Shown: piece by piece, positions 1 through 9,204 of the stretch
How the letters are laid out: each line of letters begins with the position of its first letter
Numbering within the stretch: the first letter of the stretch is position 1
Program-made: the position numbers and the translations under genes
Notes under the pieces: model-generated
What the model saw: the letters and a program-made list of their open reading frames with translations, nothing else
What the model was told of the DNA's origin: nothing
The model's database searches: none
Assembly: GCA_017301995.1 (NCBI GenBank)
Contig: JAFLEH010000005.1
Location: forward strand, 47,181 to 111,180
DNA length: 64,000 nucleotides
Direction: 5' to 3'
Source: Verrucomicrobiota bacterium
GTDB taxonomy: Bacteria > Verrucomicrobiota > Verrucomicrobiia > Verrucomicrobiales > Akkermansiaceae

Positions 1-1824
1 CATGGCGGCGGCTGGGCGCGCGGCGACAAAGCGCAGGTCGCCAGCCTGCCGGCGGCGTTTGTGCGCGAGGGTTATGTCGTCGCCGCGGTCAATTACCGGC
101 TGGTGCCGGCGGTGAAATTCGACGCGCAGGCGCAGGATGTGGCCGCAGCCATTGCGTGGCTGCGGAAACACGCACAGGAATACGGCGCGGCACCGGACAA
201 AATTTTTCTCATGGGCCATTCCGCCGGTGCGCATCTCGTGGCGTTGGTCGGCACCGACGAAAGCTATCTCAAGGCGCACGGACTTTCGTTGTCAGCGCTG
301 CGCGGGGTTGTGCCGCTCGATACCGAAGCCTACGATCTGAGCGGGTTCGCGGCGCGTTTCGGTGGCAAGCTGCCGGAGCTTTACGCCGCTCCGTTCACGC
401 AGGATCCGGCCACATGGGCGAAAGCCTCCCCAGCAACCCATGTCGCCAAGGACAAGCGAATTCCACCGATGATTGTAGCCTACAGCGGCGGCCAGAAACC
501 CCACGGCAATCCCAGCCGGAAAACGGATGCCGAGGAGTTCGTCGCCAAGCTGAAAGCGGCGGGCGTCACCGCCGAGGTCGTCGCCGCGCCGGAGAAGACG
601 CACATGCAGATTGCGCTGGAGTTCGGCACACCAAACGACCAAGTCGCGGCGCAAGTCTTCGCGTTTTTAAAGACCGTCCTGGGTGTCGGTGCCGCGCAAC
701 CGGGTCTAACGGGCTTCACTCCCGACGATGTGCGGATGGGCGATGCGCAGGCGGCCTACATTGATCCCGAGTTTCTCCAGACCGAAGGCTTGGTGGTGTT
801 CCTCGATTCGCGCGCCGAAATCTGGATGGGCGCGCTTGACCCGGTGACCGGCTTGTTCCGCAACGCGAGCGGGAGCGACCACCGCGTGGACACCGGCATC
901 TCGAAGTGGTCACGATATTCCAACGGCCCGGAGTGGGGCCTCGACGCCAAAGGCCCGGCGCTGTTCTATGTCCGGGACAACCCCCAAGGCACGGGCCAAC
1001 TCTGGCGGGCGGAGCCGCCGTGGGACAAGCCGCGCCTAACGCAACTCACCCACGACACCGACATCCACAACTGGATTTGCGAGCCATCGGTGAACCCGGC
1101 GCTGGCCTCGACGCGAGTCATCGTTTATCGCGGCAAACCGCGCGCGGCGGGCAATGCGGACGCGTGGCTCGACGAGGATAATCCCGGCCAACTGAAACCG
1201 TTCACCGACCGCATGATCGTCGCGCGTTGGGCTTACCACACCAAGCTCATCACCTTCTCCTATCGCGCACGGCCCGGACAGACTGAGCCGTCGCAGGTCA
1301 CGCTGGTGGACACCGACTCCGGGAAATCCCGCGTCATCACCGGCAACGAGGGCAACAAGATCGACCCGTGGCTCTGGCAGGCGCCGGAATTTGGGGGAGA
1401 ACTGCTGCTCTGCGCGAATGTGGACAGCCGCGCGCTCGCCATTTACCGCGATGTGAAGCGCGACGGCAGCCCGTGGCAACGCATCGCCACGCTCGCGTTG
1501 CCGGCCGCCGCGCCGCACCAGACGCTCAAATCCGTCGAGCCGGTCAATGGTGGGCGCGGCGCGTTCGGCAAATCCTACTTCACCATCCAAGCCGGTGACG
1601 ACAAAGACAAGGACACCTCCATCTGGTTGTTCGGCTTCTCGCCCGACGGCCGCCATCTGATCCGCCGCCTTGATGATGGCGCGCTGACCAACAAGCCCGC
1701 CCGTCGTCTCGACCCCGAAAGCTACATCGGCGAGCACGAATTATTCGTCTATTACAACCTCGTCGGCGACGGTCCTTCGCAACTTCACCGCTGCCGCACG
1801 GCGATCACCAAGAAAATGCCATGA
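1..1824 (+). CDS. alpha/beta-hydrolase (fold-3 esterase/lipase type) with ~380-aa C-terminal extension; 5' end cut by window edge
   Basis: Frame is open from base 1. Bases 1-15 encode HGGGW (oxyanion-hole motif) and a GHSAGAH nucleophile elbow follows. Stop overlaps the next start (ATGA at 1821-1824). Confidence 0.75.
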   Translation, partial: HGGGWARGDKAQVASLPAAFVREGYVVAAVNYRLVPAVKFDAQAQDVAAAIAWLRKHAQEYGAAPDKIFLMGHSAGAHLVALVGTDESYLKAHGLSLSALRGVVPLDTEAYDLSGFAARFGGKLPELYAAPFTQDPATWAKASPATHVAKDKRIPPMIVAYSGGQKPHGNPSRKTDAEEFVAKLKAAGVTAEVVAAPEKTHMQIALEFGTPNDQVAAQVFAFLKTVLGVGAAQPGLTGFTPDDVRMGDAQAAYIDPEFLQTEGLVVFLDSRAEIWMGALDPVTGLFRNASGSDHRVDTGISKWSRYSNGPEWGLDAKGPALFYVRDNPQGTGQLWRAEPPWDKPRLTQLTHDTDIHNWICEPSVNPALASTRVIVYRGKPRAAGNADAWLDEDNPGQLKPFTDRMIVARWAYHTKLITFSYRARPGQTEPSQVTLVDTDSGKSRVITGNEGNKIDPWLWQAPEFGGELLLCANVDSRALAIYRDVKRDGSPWQRIATLALPAAAPHQTLKSVEPVNGGRGAFGKSYFTIQAGDDKDKDTSIWLFGFSPDGRHLIRRLDDGALTNKPARRLDPESYIGEHELFVYYNLVGDGPSQLHRCRTAITKKMP

Positions 1825-4800
1825 AAAGCACCATCACAACCATCAGTCTGTCAGCCATTCTCGCCTGCCTCACTCTCTCGGCGCAGGAAACGCAGCCTGC
1901 GCGCGGCGGCGGCCTCGCCGAGCGGTTCAGGCAACTTGATCGTAACGGCGACGGCAAGGTCAGCCGGGAAGAGGGCGGTTCGCTGCCGTTCTTTGACGAG
2001 ATCGACACGAACAAGGACGGCTCGCTAACCGTCGAGGAAGCGCAGTCGTATTTGGCCGCGCGGCGGACCGCGCGGCCTGCCGCCCCCGAACAGCCGGCGG
2101 CACCGTTGGCAACTGGTAAACTCACCTCGGTGGACGCGGTGTTCGAGCTTTGCGTGCGCGATGTCGAGGCGTGCGTGAAGTTCTACCGCGACGGCATCGG
2201 AATGCGGGTAGTGGAGCAGGCAACTGCCAGCGGCGCATTGTTGGAGTGGGCGGGCAGTTATCTGCGGCTGCGCAAAGTTCCGGGCGAGAAGCCTGCGCCC
2301 GCCACGGGCAATCCGATGAAGCAGATGCTGGCGTCGAACGGCTTCCGCTGGTTCTCGCTTTGGTTCAACGACCCGGCTGCCATCAGCGAGCGACTCGTCA
2401 AGGCCGGCTATCCCGCGCCGATGAAGGGCGGAAATGTCAGCATGACGCGGGATCCCGAGAATAACATCGTCGAGATCATGGGCGTGCCGCGCAGCGCGTC
2501 GGGCGAAACATTGATCTGGGGCATGGGCGTCAGCGACGAGGCCGCGGCGCGGAAGTTTTATGGCGAAACCCTCGGCTTGCAGGAGTTCGATCCGTGGAAC
2601 CTCCCGCCGCCGTTCAGCATGAAAATGTATCTCTTCGCCACCGGTGCGGGACGCGTGAAATTCTCCGCGCCGCAGGGCCAGCGTCCGCGCGACGCCGACG
2701 CGGGGCCGGATGCGCCTGGATTGCGCAGCGTGACCTTGCGCGTCGCCGATCTTACCGCCGCGCGCGAAGGGTTGATCAAACGCGGCGCGAAAGTTGAGGG
2801 CGAAAAGCGCCTGCTCGTGACTGATCCCGATGGCAACCGCATCCACATTGAGCAAGCGCCGCCGGAGGCGATCCAATCTGCGAGAACCCTCACCCCGGCC
2901 CTCTCCCAAAAGGAGAGGGAGAAAGCTGCAACCGGCGAACCGAGGGGGCAAGCCTCCCCGCGCCGCCAATCCCCTCTTGAACGCATCCGGGATCAATACG
3001 GCGACATCAAGCCGAAAGCGCACACCGAGGAGATCGCCGAGCAACGCCCCGGCGAGCCGCCGTTGAAGAAAATGCCCGACGGTGATCCGGCTCGCGATGC
3101 GGCGGGACGCGGCCAGTTGTTCGAGAGCATCGTCGTGCCAGGCTTCACCAGCATTCAGGAAGGCATGAACGGCATGGCCATCGTGGACCTCAACAAGGAC
3201 GGACGGCTCGACATCGTGGCAACCTATTCCGCGCCGCGCGGCACGGGCGGACGCTGGGGCGAGGGCGAGAAGCTGCGGGTGTTCCTCAACGACGGCGGTT
3301 TCAAGTTCCACCCGCACCCGATCAAACTGCTCGACTCGAAAGTGTCGCCGGAAAGTTTCGGGCGTGGACAAGTGCCCAACCTCGCTGACTTCAACGGCGA
3401 CGGTTTCCTCGATCTCTTTGTCACCCGCCACGCGCAGATGTCGGCCGGACAGTCGAACCCGCGTGACCAGAAGCTGGGCAACGGCCTCTACCTCAGCGAG
3501 GGCGCGTGGGACACCTTCCGCGATGTCTCGGCGAAGATGGGCATCCAGAACGAGAAAGCCTATAACCGGCAACCATCGCTCGGCGATGTGAACAAGGACG
3601 GCTGGCTCGATATCGCCGTCGGCTGCGACAACATCAAGGACGCGCAAGGCGGCGTGCCGCACAGCCGGCTCTATGTGACGAAGGATGAAGGCAGAAGGAT
3701 AAGGGATGAAATTGGGCAGGCACGCTCGACTGCGTCCGCTGTCCTTCTTCCTTCATCCCTCATCCTTCCTCCTTTCGAAGACATCGGCGGCACGCCGCGC
3801 GTGCCCGACTTCGGCGGCTTCCATCACGACAGCGCCAAAGACAAGGCCGGTCCCGACATCAACCTCCGCGACCTCGACAACGACGGCGACCTGGATCTCA
3901 TCCAGTCCTATCATGTGGATGTGCTCGACTTGGCGGCACCGTATTCGCCCATCGAATACCGGCAGGGCGTGTTCTGTTGGAAGAACCTGCTAGCCGAAAC
4001 CGGCAAACTTCAGTTCGAGAAAATCACTAACAACGGTCTCGCCTGCGAAGCACACCTGAAACTCAGCGCCGACAAGAAAACGACCGAACCGGTTGGGAAA
4101 GCACCGGGCCTGCCTTACATCTCGCTCGCCGATGTGGACAACGATGGCCTGCTCGATGCGCTTGCCGTCGGCCCGGCCAGTCCCGGTTGGGCGCCGCGCA
4201 CCGAATATGTCAGCGGGCGGTTCTGGCGGAACAAGGGGAACTTTCAGTTTCAGGAAATGACCGAAGCTGCCGGACTGTCGGCGCTGAACTGGGTCTATCG
4301 CGATTGGTGCAAGTTCTTCGAAATGCCCGAGCCGCAGGGTCGTCCCGGCGCGCCGGTGAACCCCGGCGATCGGCGACCTTATTTTGCCGATGCCATCTTT
4401 GGCGACTTTAACAACGATGGTTGGCAGGATCTCGTCGTGCTGGACCGCCACGAATCGCCGAACCTCGAAACCCGCGCGATCCTGTTCATGAATCGCGGCG
4501 ACGGCACTTTCGAGCCCAAGCCGACGACCTTCAGTGGCCTCGACGGCATGGGCATCTGCGGCGAGGCCGCGGACCTCAACAACGACGGCTTGCTCGACCT
4601 CGTGATCGCGTCCGATCCCGATAATTCCGGGGTCGCACTCAGCCTCGCACGCTACGAGAGCAAGGTCTATTGGAACACCGGCCTGCAAGGCGCGAAGGAA
4701 AACCACTGGCTCCACCTGCGTTTCAGCGGCGTGAAGGACGCAGAGTTGATAGGCGCGCGAATCGAGATCACCGCGGACGGCAAAAAGCAATACCGCTGGA

Positions 4801-6476
4801 TTCACGCCAACCACAGCTACAAGAGTGGCGGCGCGCTCGAAGCCCACTTCGGCCTCGGCAAAGCAAACGCTGCCGATGTGAAGGTTACGCTGCCGAGCGG
4901 CAGGATGGTTTCATTTGCCGAAGTGAAGGCGGACCAAGCACACACGCTGAATCTCCAGGGAGCGAAGCCCGCCAACACAACCAAAGCGCCATCCCACGCC
5001 GGTAACCGCAAGCCCAACATCGTCATCTTCCTCGCCGACGACCTCGGCTATGCCGACATCGGCGCCAACGGCTGCAAGGACATCCCGACGCCACACATTG
5101 ATTCGCTGGCGAAGAACGGCGTGCGGTTCACCGACGGCTACGCGAACCATTGCGTGTGTTCGCCGTCGCGCGCCGGACTGATGAGCGGGCGTTACCAGCA
5201 TCGCTTCGGCTTTGAGCACAACTCGGGACCGGAGCGCTTCGCCGCCGACAATTTCGGCCTGCCGCGCACCGAACCGACGCTGGCCGAGCGGCTCAAGACC
5301 GCCGGCTACGCGACTGGCATGGTTGGCAAATGGCACATCGGTTTCAAGGAGGGCCTGCGTCCGCACGAACGCGGCTTCGATTTCCATTATGGATTCCTCA
5401 GCGGCGCGCGCAGCTACCAACCCGACAACCCGCGCGAGTCCGACCCCATCATCCGCAACGGCGTGGTCGTGAAAGACGAGAAGGAATATCTCACCGACGC
5501 CTTCGCGCGAGAGGCCGTCGCGTTCCTCGACCGCAGCAAGGACCAGCCGTTCTTCCTCTATGTCGCCTTCAATGCCGTCCACGCGCCGATGGAATCCCCT
5601 AACCGATACGCCGGGCGTTTTCCCGACCTCACCGGCACGCGCCGCACCTATGCCGGCATGCTCGCGGCGATGGACGACGCGGTCGGCCGCGTGCTCACCA
5701 AAGTCCGCGACCTCGGCCAGGAAGAGAACACGCTGATTTTCTTCTACAGCGACAACGGCGGCCCGACGCCGCAGACCAGCTCGCGCAACGACCCCTTGCG
5801 CGGCTACAAGGGGCAGTTTTACGAGGGCGGCATCCGCGTGCCGTTCCTCGCCCAATGGAAGGGCAAACTGCCTGCGGGCGCGGTCAATCGCGAGATGGTC
5901 ATGGGCTTCGACTGCCACGCCACCGCGCTCGCCGCCGCGGGCGTTACCCGGCCGGATGACAAACCGCTCGACGGCGTCAATCTGCTTCCGTTTCTAACCG
6001 GCAAACCGTCCGGCCGTCCGCACGATCAACTGTTCTGGCGCGCCGGAGAAAAACACGCCGCGCGCGTCGGCGAATGGAAGCTCGTGCAAGAGCGCGGCGG
6101 CGAAGCGGAACTTTTCCATCTCAAGGACGACATCGGCGAGAAAACCGACCTCGCCGCGAAGGAACCGGCGAAGTTGAAGGAACTCCAAGCCGCCTTCGCC
6201 GCGTGGGACAAACAGATGATGTCCGCCCAGTGGCGTCGGCAAGACGCACGCACGCAAGGCGCGACCGGCAATCCCGACACTCCCCGGCGCGGTGGAAGCA
6301 TCGAAGATCGATTCAAACAGTTCGACCGCAACGGCGACGGAAAGCTGACCCGCGAAGAGTTTCCGATGCCGGGATCGTTTGCCGAAGTCGATACCGACGG
6401 CGACGGCATTGCCACGGTGGAAGAAGTCCGCGCTTGGTTTGCCAAACGCCGCAATCGATCTTCGGAGAGTCCATAG
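1821..6476 (+). CDS. 1551-aa secreted multidomain protein: leader, EF-hands, 2x VOC/glyoxalase-like, FG-GAP/VCBS + UnbV_ASPIC-like, sulfatase, C-terminal EF-hands
   Basis: Hydrophobic N-terminal leader. EF-hand loops DRNGDGKVSREE, DTNKDGSLTVEE, DRNGDGKLTREE and DTDGDGIATVEE. Repeated DxNxDGxxD FG-GAP motifs. ENHWLHLRF...HFGLG block. Sulfatase signature NIVIFLADDLGY...CSPSRAGLMSGR. Uninterrupted frame with high GC3. Confidence 0.7.
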   Translation: MKSTITTISLSAILACLTLSAQETQPARGGGLAERFRQLDRNGDGKVSREEGGSLPFFDEIDTNKDGSLTVEEAQSYLAARRTARPAAPEQPAAPLATGKLTSVDAVFELCVRDVEACVKFYRDGIGMRVVEQATASGALLEWAGSYLRLRKVPGEKPAPATGNPMKQMLASNGFRWFSLWFNDPAAISERLVKAGYPAPMKGGNVSMTRDPENNIVEIMGVPRSASGETLIWGMGVSDEAAARKFYGETLGLQEFDPWNLPPPFSMKMYLFATGAGRVKFSAPQGQRPRDADAGPDAPGLRSVTLRVADLTAAREGLIKRGAKVEGEKRLLVTDPDGNRIHIEQAPPEAIQSARTLTPALSQKEREKAATGEPRGQASPRRQSPLERIRDQYGDIKPKAHTEEIAEQRPGEPPLKKMPDGDPARDAAGRGQLFESIVVPGFTSIQEGMNGMAIVDLNKDGRLDIVATYSAPRGTGGRWGEGEKLRVFLNDGGFKFHPHPIKLLDSKVSPESFGRGQVPNLADFNGDGFLDLFVTRHAQMSAGQSNPRDQKLGNGLYLSEGAWDTFRDVSAKMGIQNEKAYNRQPSLGDVNKDGWLDIAVGCDNIKDAQGGVPHSRLYVTKDEGRRIRDEIGQARSTASAVLLPSSLILPPFEDIGGTPRVPDFGGFHHDSAKDKAGPDINLRDLDNDGDLDLIQSYHVDVLDLAAPYSPIEYRQGVFCWKNLLAETGKLQFEKITNNGLACEAHLKLSADKKTTEPVGKAPGLPYISLADVDNDGLLDALAVGPASPGWAPRTEYVSGRFWRNKGNFQFQEMTEAAGLSALNWVYRDWCKFFEMPEPQGRPGAPVNPGDRRPYFADAIFGDFNNDGWQDLVVLDRHESPNLETRAILFMNRGDGTFEPKPTTFSGLDGMGICGEAADLNNDGLLDLVIASDPDNSGVALSLARYESKVYWNTGLQGAKENHWLHLRFSGVKDAELIGARIEITADGKKQYRWIHANHSYKSGGALEAHFGLGKANAADVKVTLPSGRMVSFAEVKADQAHTLNLQGAKPANTTKAPSHAGNRKPNIVIFLADDLGYADIGANGCKDIPTPHIDSLAKNGVRFTDGYANHCVCSPSRAGLMSGRYQHRFGFEHNSGPERFAADNFGLPRTEPTLAERLKTAGYATGMVGKWHIGFKEGLRPHERGFDFHYGFLSGARSYQPDNPRESDPIIRNGVVVKDEKEYLTDAFAREAVAFLDRSKDQPFFLYVAFNAVHAPMESPNRYAGRFPDLTGTRRTYAGMLAAMDDAVGRVLTKVRDLGQEENTLIFFYSDNGGPTPQTSSRNDPLRGYKGQFYEGGIRVPFLAQWKGKLPAGAVNREMVMGFDCHATALAAAGVTRPDDKPLDGVNLLPFLTGKPSGRPHDQLFWRAGEKHAARVGEWKLVQERGGEAELFHLKDDIGEKTDLAAKEPAKLKELQAAFAAWDKQMMSAQWRRQDARTQGATGNPDTPRRGGSIEDRFKQFDRNGDGKLTREEFPMPGSFAEVDTDGDGIATVEEVRAWFAKRRNRSSESP
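2899..2919. repeat. 8-bp stem hairpin CCCTCTCC-caaaa-GGAGAGGG inside the inter-domain linker of the 1551-aa ORF
   Basis: Perfect inverted repeat read directly from the sequence; translates in frame as PALSQKEREK. Confidence 0.6.
3680..3776. repeat. ~97-bp imperfect palindromic element embedded in frame in the FG-GAP region
   Basis: Left arm GAAGGATGAAGGCAGAAGGATAAGGGATGAA (3680-3710) versus right arm TTCATCCCTCATCCTTCCTCCTTTC (3752-3776). It interrupts an ...SRLYVT / EDIGG... repeat turn. Confidence 0.6.
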
Positions 6477-6620
6477 TCAGAAGCGCTGTTGCCCCCGGTG
6501 GGAGGCCCGCAGCCCCTCCTCACGCCCGTTCAGGATGTGATGGCTCAGGGCTACGGAAGGATTCACACCATGGTCCTCCCGAACGCAAAGGAATGAGATC
6601 GGGCGGGAAGTGTTGGGAAG

Positions 6621-6787
6621 TGGCGGACAGGGAGGGATTGACTGCGCTCCGCTCCGTCCACGCCGAGTGCGGTCAGCTCCTCCGCCGACCGGTTTTTCCG
6701 AAGGTCTCTAACGTTCCCGTGGCGTTCGAATTTTGCCCCGCTCAACAGTTCTCACCATCCCTGAAACGCCACGACCCCACCCCCGCG
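6621..6787. repeat. 167-bp direct repeat, copy 1
   Basis: Aligns with 7245-7411 with 8 mismatches and no gaps. Confidence 0.9.
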
Positions 6788-6833
6788 GGAGGGGATTGTC
6801 CTCGCTCCGATCAGACCGTGTGGGGTGTCCGTG

Positions 6834-7076
6834 TCACAGCAACCGCTTCCGTGCGAACGCCTTTCCCGAAGCGGTTTTAAGATATCGCTCGAAGTCGGTG
6901 GCGGTTTGTTTGCACGAAAAACCCCCATACCACGCAAGGTTCCACGGGCGGAATGGCGCTGTGGAGACATTTCCCCCGGCATTGTGGACCGCAATCCGGT
7001 TTTTGAGATCCGAGGTACTGCCGTAGTAAAACCTCCCCGGATGCGAGACGGACTGTAGGATGTACGCATAGTGCAT
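6834..7076 (-). CDS. small GIY-YIG nuclease family protein (80 aa)
   Basis: MHYAYILQS...GRFYYGSTSDLKNRIAVHN matches the GIY-(N10)-YIG plus R/H/N core of stand-alone URI-domain proteins. Confidence 0.8.
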   Translation of the reverse strand: MHYAYILQSVSHPGRFYYGSTSDLKNRIAVHNAGGNVSTAPFRPWNLAWYGGFSCKQTATDFERYLKTASGKAFARKRLL

Positions 7077-7244
7077 GACAATGGGATTGTTCGGTTAGCT
7101 GGGCCATTGCTGTCTAAAGCAGCCCTTCTTCGCCACGGCTACGAAGGGCATTCTTCGCTTCGTTTCACCTTTCAATGGCTTGCCCCTTCGTCGCTGACGC
7201 TATGAAGGGCAGGCATTCGTAGCTTCCGGCACGGAAGCGAAGAA

Positions 7245-7411
7245 TGGCGGACAGGGAGGGATTGACTGCGCTCCGCTCCGTCCACGCCGAGTGCGGTCGT
7301 CTCCTCCGCCGACCGGTATTTCCGAAGGTCGCTATCGCTCCCGGGGCGTTCGAATTTTGCCGCGCTCAACAGTTCTCACCATCCCTGAAACGCCACGACC
7401 CCACCCCCGCG
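7245..7411. repeat. 167-bp direct repeat, copy 2
   Basis: Aligns with 6621-6787 (~95% identity). Its last 16 nt form one arm of the 7391-7433 hairpin. Confidence 0.9.
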
Positions 7412-7433
7412 TTGCGAGGGTGGGGTCGTGGCG
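7391..7433. other. perfect 16-bp stem / 11-nt loop hairpin at the host-prophage junction
   Basis: CGCCACGACCCCACCC (7391-7406) pairs with GGGTGGGGTCGTGGCG (7418-7433), read directly from the sequence. Confidence 0.8.
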
Positions 7434-7553
7434 GAGAGGGTGGGGACTCCGCCACAAAGCATTGATAATAAAGCTAGTTACAGCCGTATAGCGGCAGCAG
7501 CCGGGGACTTTTCTGACACTTTTTCCGACAAGTTGACACCGCCGCCGGGGCCT

Positions 7554-8846
7554 ATGGCTCCGAAGAAAAAGAAGCGTCGCGGCAGTGTGGTTGAGATCGG
7601 CAATGGCCCCGCCAGGGTCCGGATTTACACGATGAACCGGAAAGACGGATACCCCGAGTTCACCCTCTCATGGAAAGAGGGCGGGCGGCGCAAGCTCAAG
7701 AGCTTCGGGGACATGGATGAGGCGCGGATGATCGCCCAGCAGGTCACCGTGCGGCTGACCAACGGCGGGAAGGTCGGCGATGAGGCCACCAAACGCGACA
7801 TCGAGCTACTCCGGCACTGCGAGGGGCTTGCCCAGCAATTCGGAATCACGCTTTCCGCCGCGATGGACGAATGGGCGCAAGCCAGGAAGTCAGTTGGCAC
7901 CATTGCCATTTCCGAGGCGATTCGGTTCTACAACTCAAACCGCGCCGACCTGCGTGCCGTGAAATCCACCGCCCAGGTGGCCGCGGAGTTCATCGAATCC
8001 CGGCGGGTCAGCGGCGTGAGCGCCATCTACGTCCAGCACTGCACGCACCACCTCAAGCGGTTCACCGACAAGGTGAAGGGCAACATCTCGGAGGTCACGG
8101 TCGCCCAAATCAACCAATACCTTACCGGGCTCAAACGGCTGGGGCCGGTCAGCAAGAACGGCATCCGCCGCAACATCGTCACCATGTTCGGCTTCGCCAA
8201 GCGCCAGGGGTATCTCCACCCCGACCGGAAGACCGCCGCCGAGCAAAGCGAATCGTTCAAGGAGCCGGAAACCGAGATCCAGATCTTCACGCCCGAGGAA
8301 ATGGGACGGCTGCTGCTGACCAGCCATGCCCGAATCCTGCCGCTGGTCGCCATCGGCGGGTTCGCCGGCATCCGGTCGGCAGAGATCCGGCGGCTCCACT
8401 GGGAGGACATCAAGTGGGACCGCGGCCACATCGAGATCGCCGGCCGCAAGGCCAAAACCGCCGCCCGCCGGTTGGTTCCCCTGCCCGACAACCTCAAGGC
8501 ATGGCTGGCACCGTGGAGGGAGGAAACCGGCCCGATCATCACGATGTCGGACCCGTCCGGGGCACTGAACGACGTGGCTGTCAAAGCTCAGATTCCCGGC
8601 GGATGGCGTCAGAATGCCCTCAGACACTCGTTTATCAGCTATCGGGTAGCGGAGACCGGGGATGTCGCCCGGACCTCTCTGGAAGCTGGCAACTCCCCGA
8701 AGATGGTATTCCGCCACTACCGGGAGATCGTGGACGAAGAAACGGCGAAGGCATGGTTCGCAGTCACGCCGCCCGAGGGGTGGCTGCCGAAGGATCTGCC
8801 ACTGGGGCTCCGTGCGCGGCTTCGGGAGTTTTCCTTACGTAAGTAA
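7554..8846 (+). CDS. int: tyrosine recombinase (phage integrase)
   Basis: C-terminal catalytic residues in GIRSAEIRRLHWEDI, ALRHSFISY and VFRHYRE. Start chosen at MAPKKKK, which is preceded by TTGACAC-N14. The longer ORF beginning at 7428 starts inside the hairpin. Confidence 0.9.
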   Translation: MAPKKKKRRGSVVEIGNGPARVRIYTMNRKDGYPEFTLSWKEGGRRKLKSFGDMDEARMIAQQVTVRLTNGGKVGDEATKRDIELLRHCEGLAQQFGITLSAAMDEWAQARKSVGTIAISEAIRFYNSNRADLRAVKSTAQVAAEFIESRRVSGVSAIYVQHCTHHLKRFTDKVKGNISEVTVAQINQYLTGLKRLGPVSKNGIRRNIVTMFGFAKRQGYLHPDRKTAAEQSESFKEPETEIQIFTPEEMGRLLLTSHARILPLVAIGGFAGIRSAEIRRLHWEDIKWDRGHIEIAGRKAKTAARRLVPLPDNLKAWLAPWREETGPIITMSDPSGALNDVAVKAQIPGGWRQNALRHSFISYRVAETGDVARTSLEAGNSPKMVFRHYREIVDEETAKAWFAVTPPEGWLPKDLPLGLRARLREFSLRK

Positions 8847-8881
8847 AACCTGTGCGTTGACAGAGCCACCGGTGCGTAACC

Positions 8882-9157
8882 ATGAAAGTCACCATCTGCA
8901 CAGCAAACCAAGCGACCATGAACACCAGCGAGCCGGTAGGCCAGATTGGCACCGCCGGCCCCGTGGCCCCCACCCTGGTCAAGAAAAAGGAACTCGCCAA
9001 GCGCCTGTCGGTCAGCCCCCGCACCATCGACAACTGGGTGGCGAAGCGCGTGATCCCCTACCTCCAGGTCACCCCGCGGTTCTACCTTTTCCACTTTGAC
9101 GAGGTTCTGGCCGCCATCCGGAAGCAATACCAGGTGGAGCCGGTCAGCCGGGTGTGA
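8882..9157 (+). CDS. xis: excisionase-type (MerR-like HTH) DNA-binding protein
   Basis: KKELAKRLSVSPRTIDNWVAKRVIPY helix-turn-helix; sits immediately downstream of int. Confidence 0.7.
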   Translation: MKVTICTANQATMNTSEPVGQIGTAGPVAPTLVKKKELAKRLSVSPRTIDNWVAKRVIPYLQVTPRFYLFHFDEVLAAIRKQYQVEPVSRV

Positions 9158-9204
9158 ACCCAATCGCAGCAATGGGCGGGTATCTTTGAGAATTGGCGGC
9201 TGAG

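Noticed and set aside
2025-5918. Long antisense or off-frame ORFs within the 1551-aa gene (for example 2025-3662 minus, 545 aa; 3990-4847 minus; 4911-5918 minus).
   Set aside because: They show Arg/Ala/Gly/His-rich shadow-frame composition typical of high-GC DNA. They lack motifs and lie fully inside a frame that carries clear domain signatures.
6621-7411. The 167-bp direct repeats as the duplicated 3' end of a tRNA or tmRNA gene (they contain TTCGAA and, in reverse, end in ...CCGCCA).
   Set aside because: I could not draw a T-arm: the stems flanking the TTCGAAT-like loop do not pair on either strand. There is no acceptor pairing and no tmRNA, RNase P or SRP signature blocks. It is left as an unclassified repeat.
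7428-7553. The N-terminal 42 codons of the integrase ORF as listed in the track.
   Set aside because: That start lies inside the 16-bp hairpin arm. The ATG at 7554 is preceded by the recurrent TTGACAC motif and begins a typical basic integrase N-terminus.
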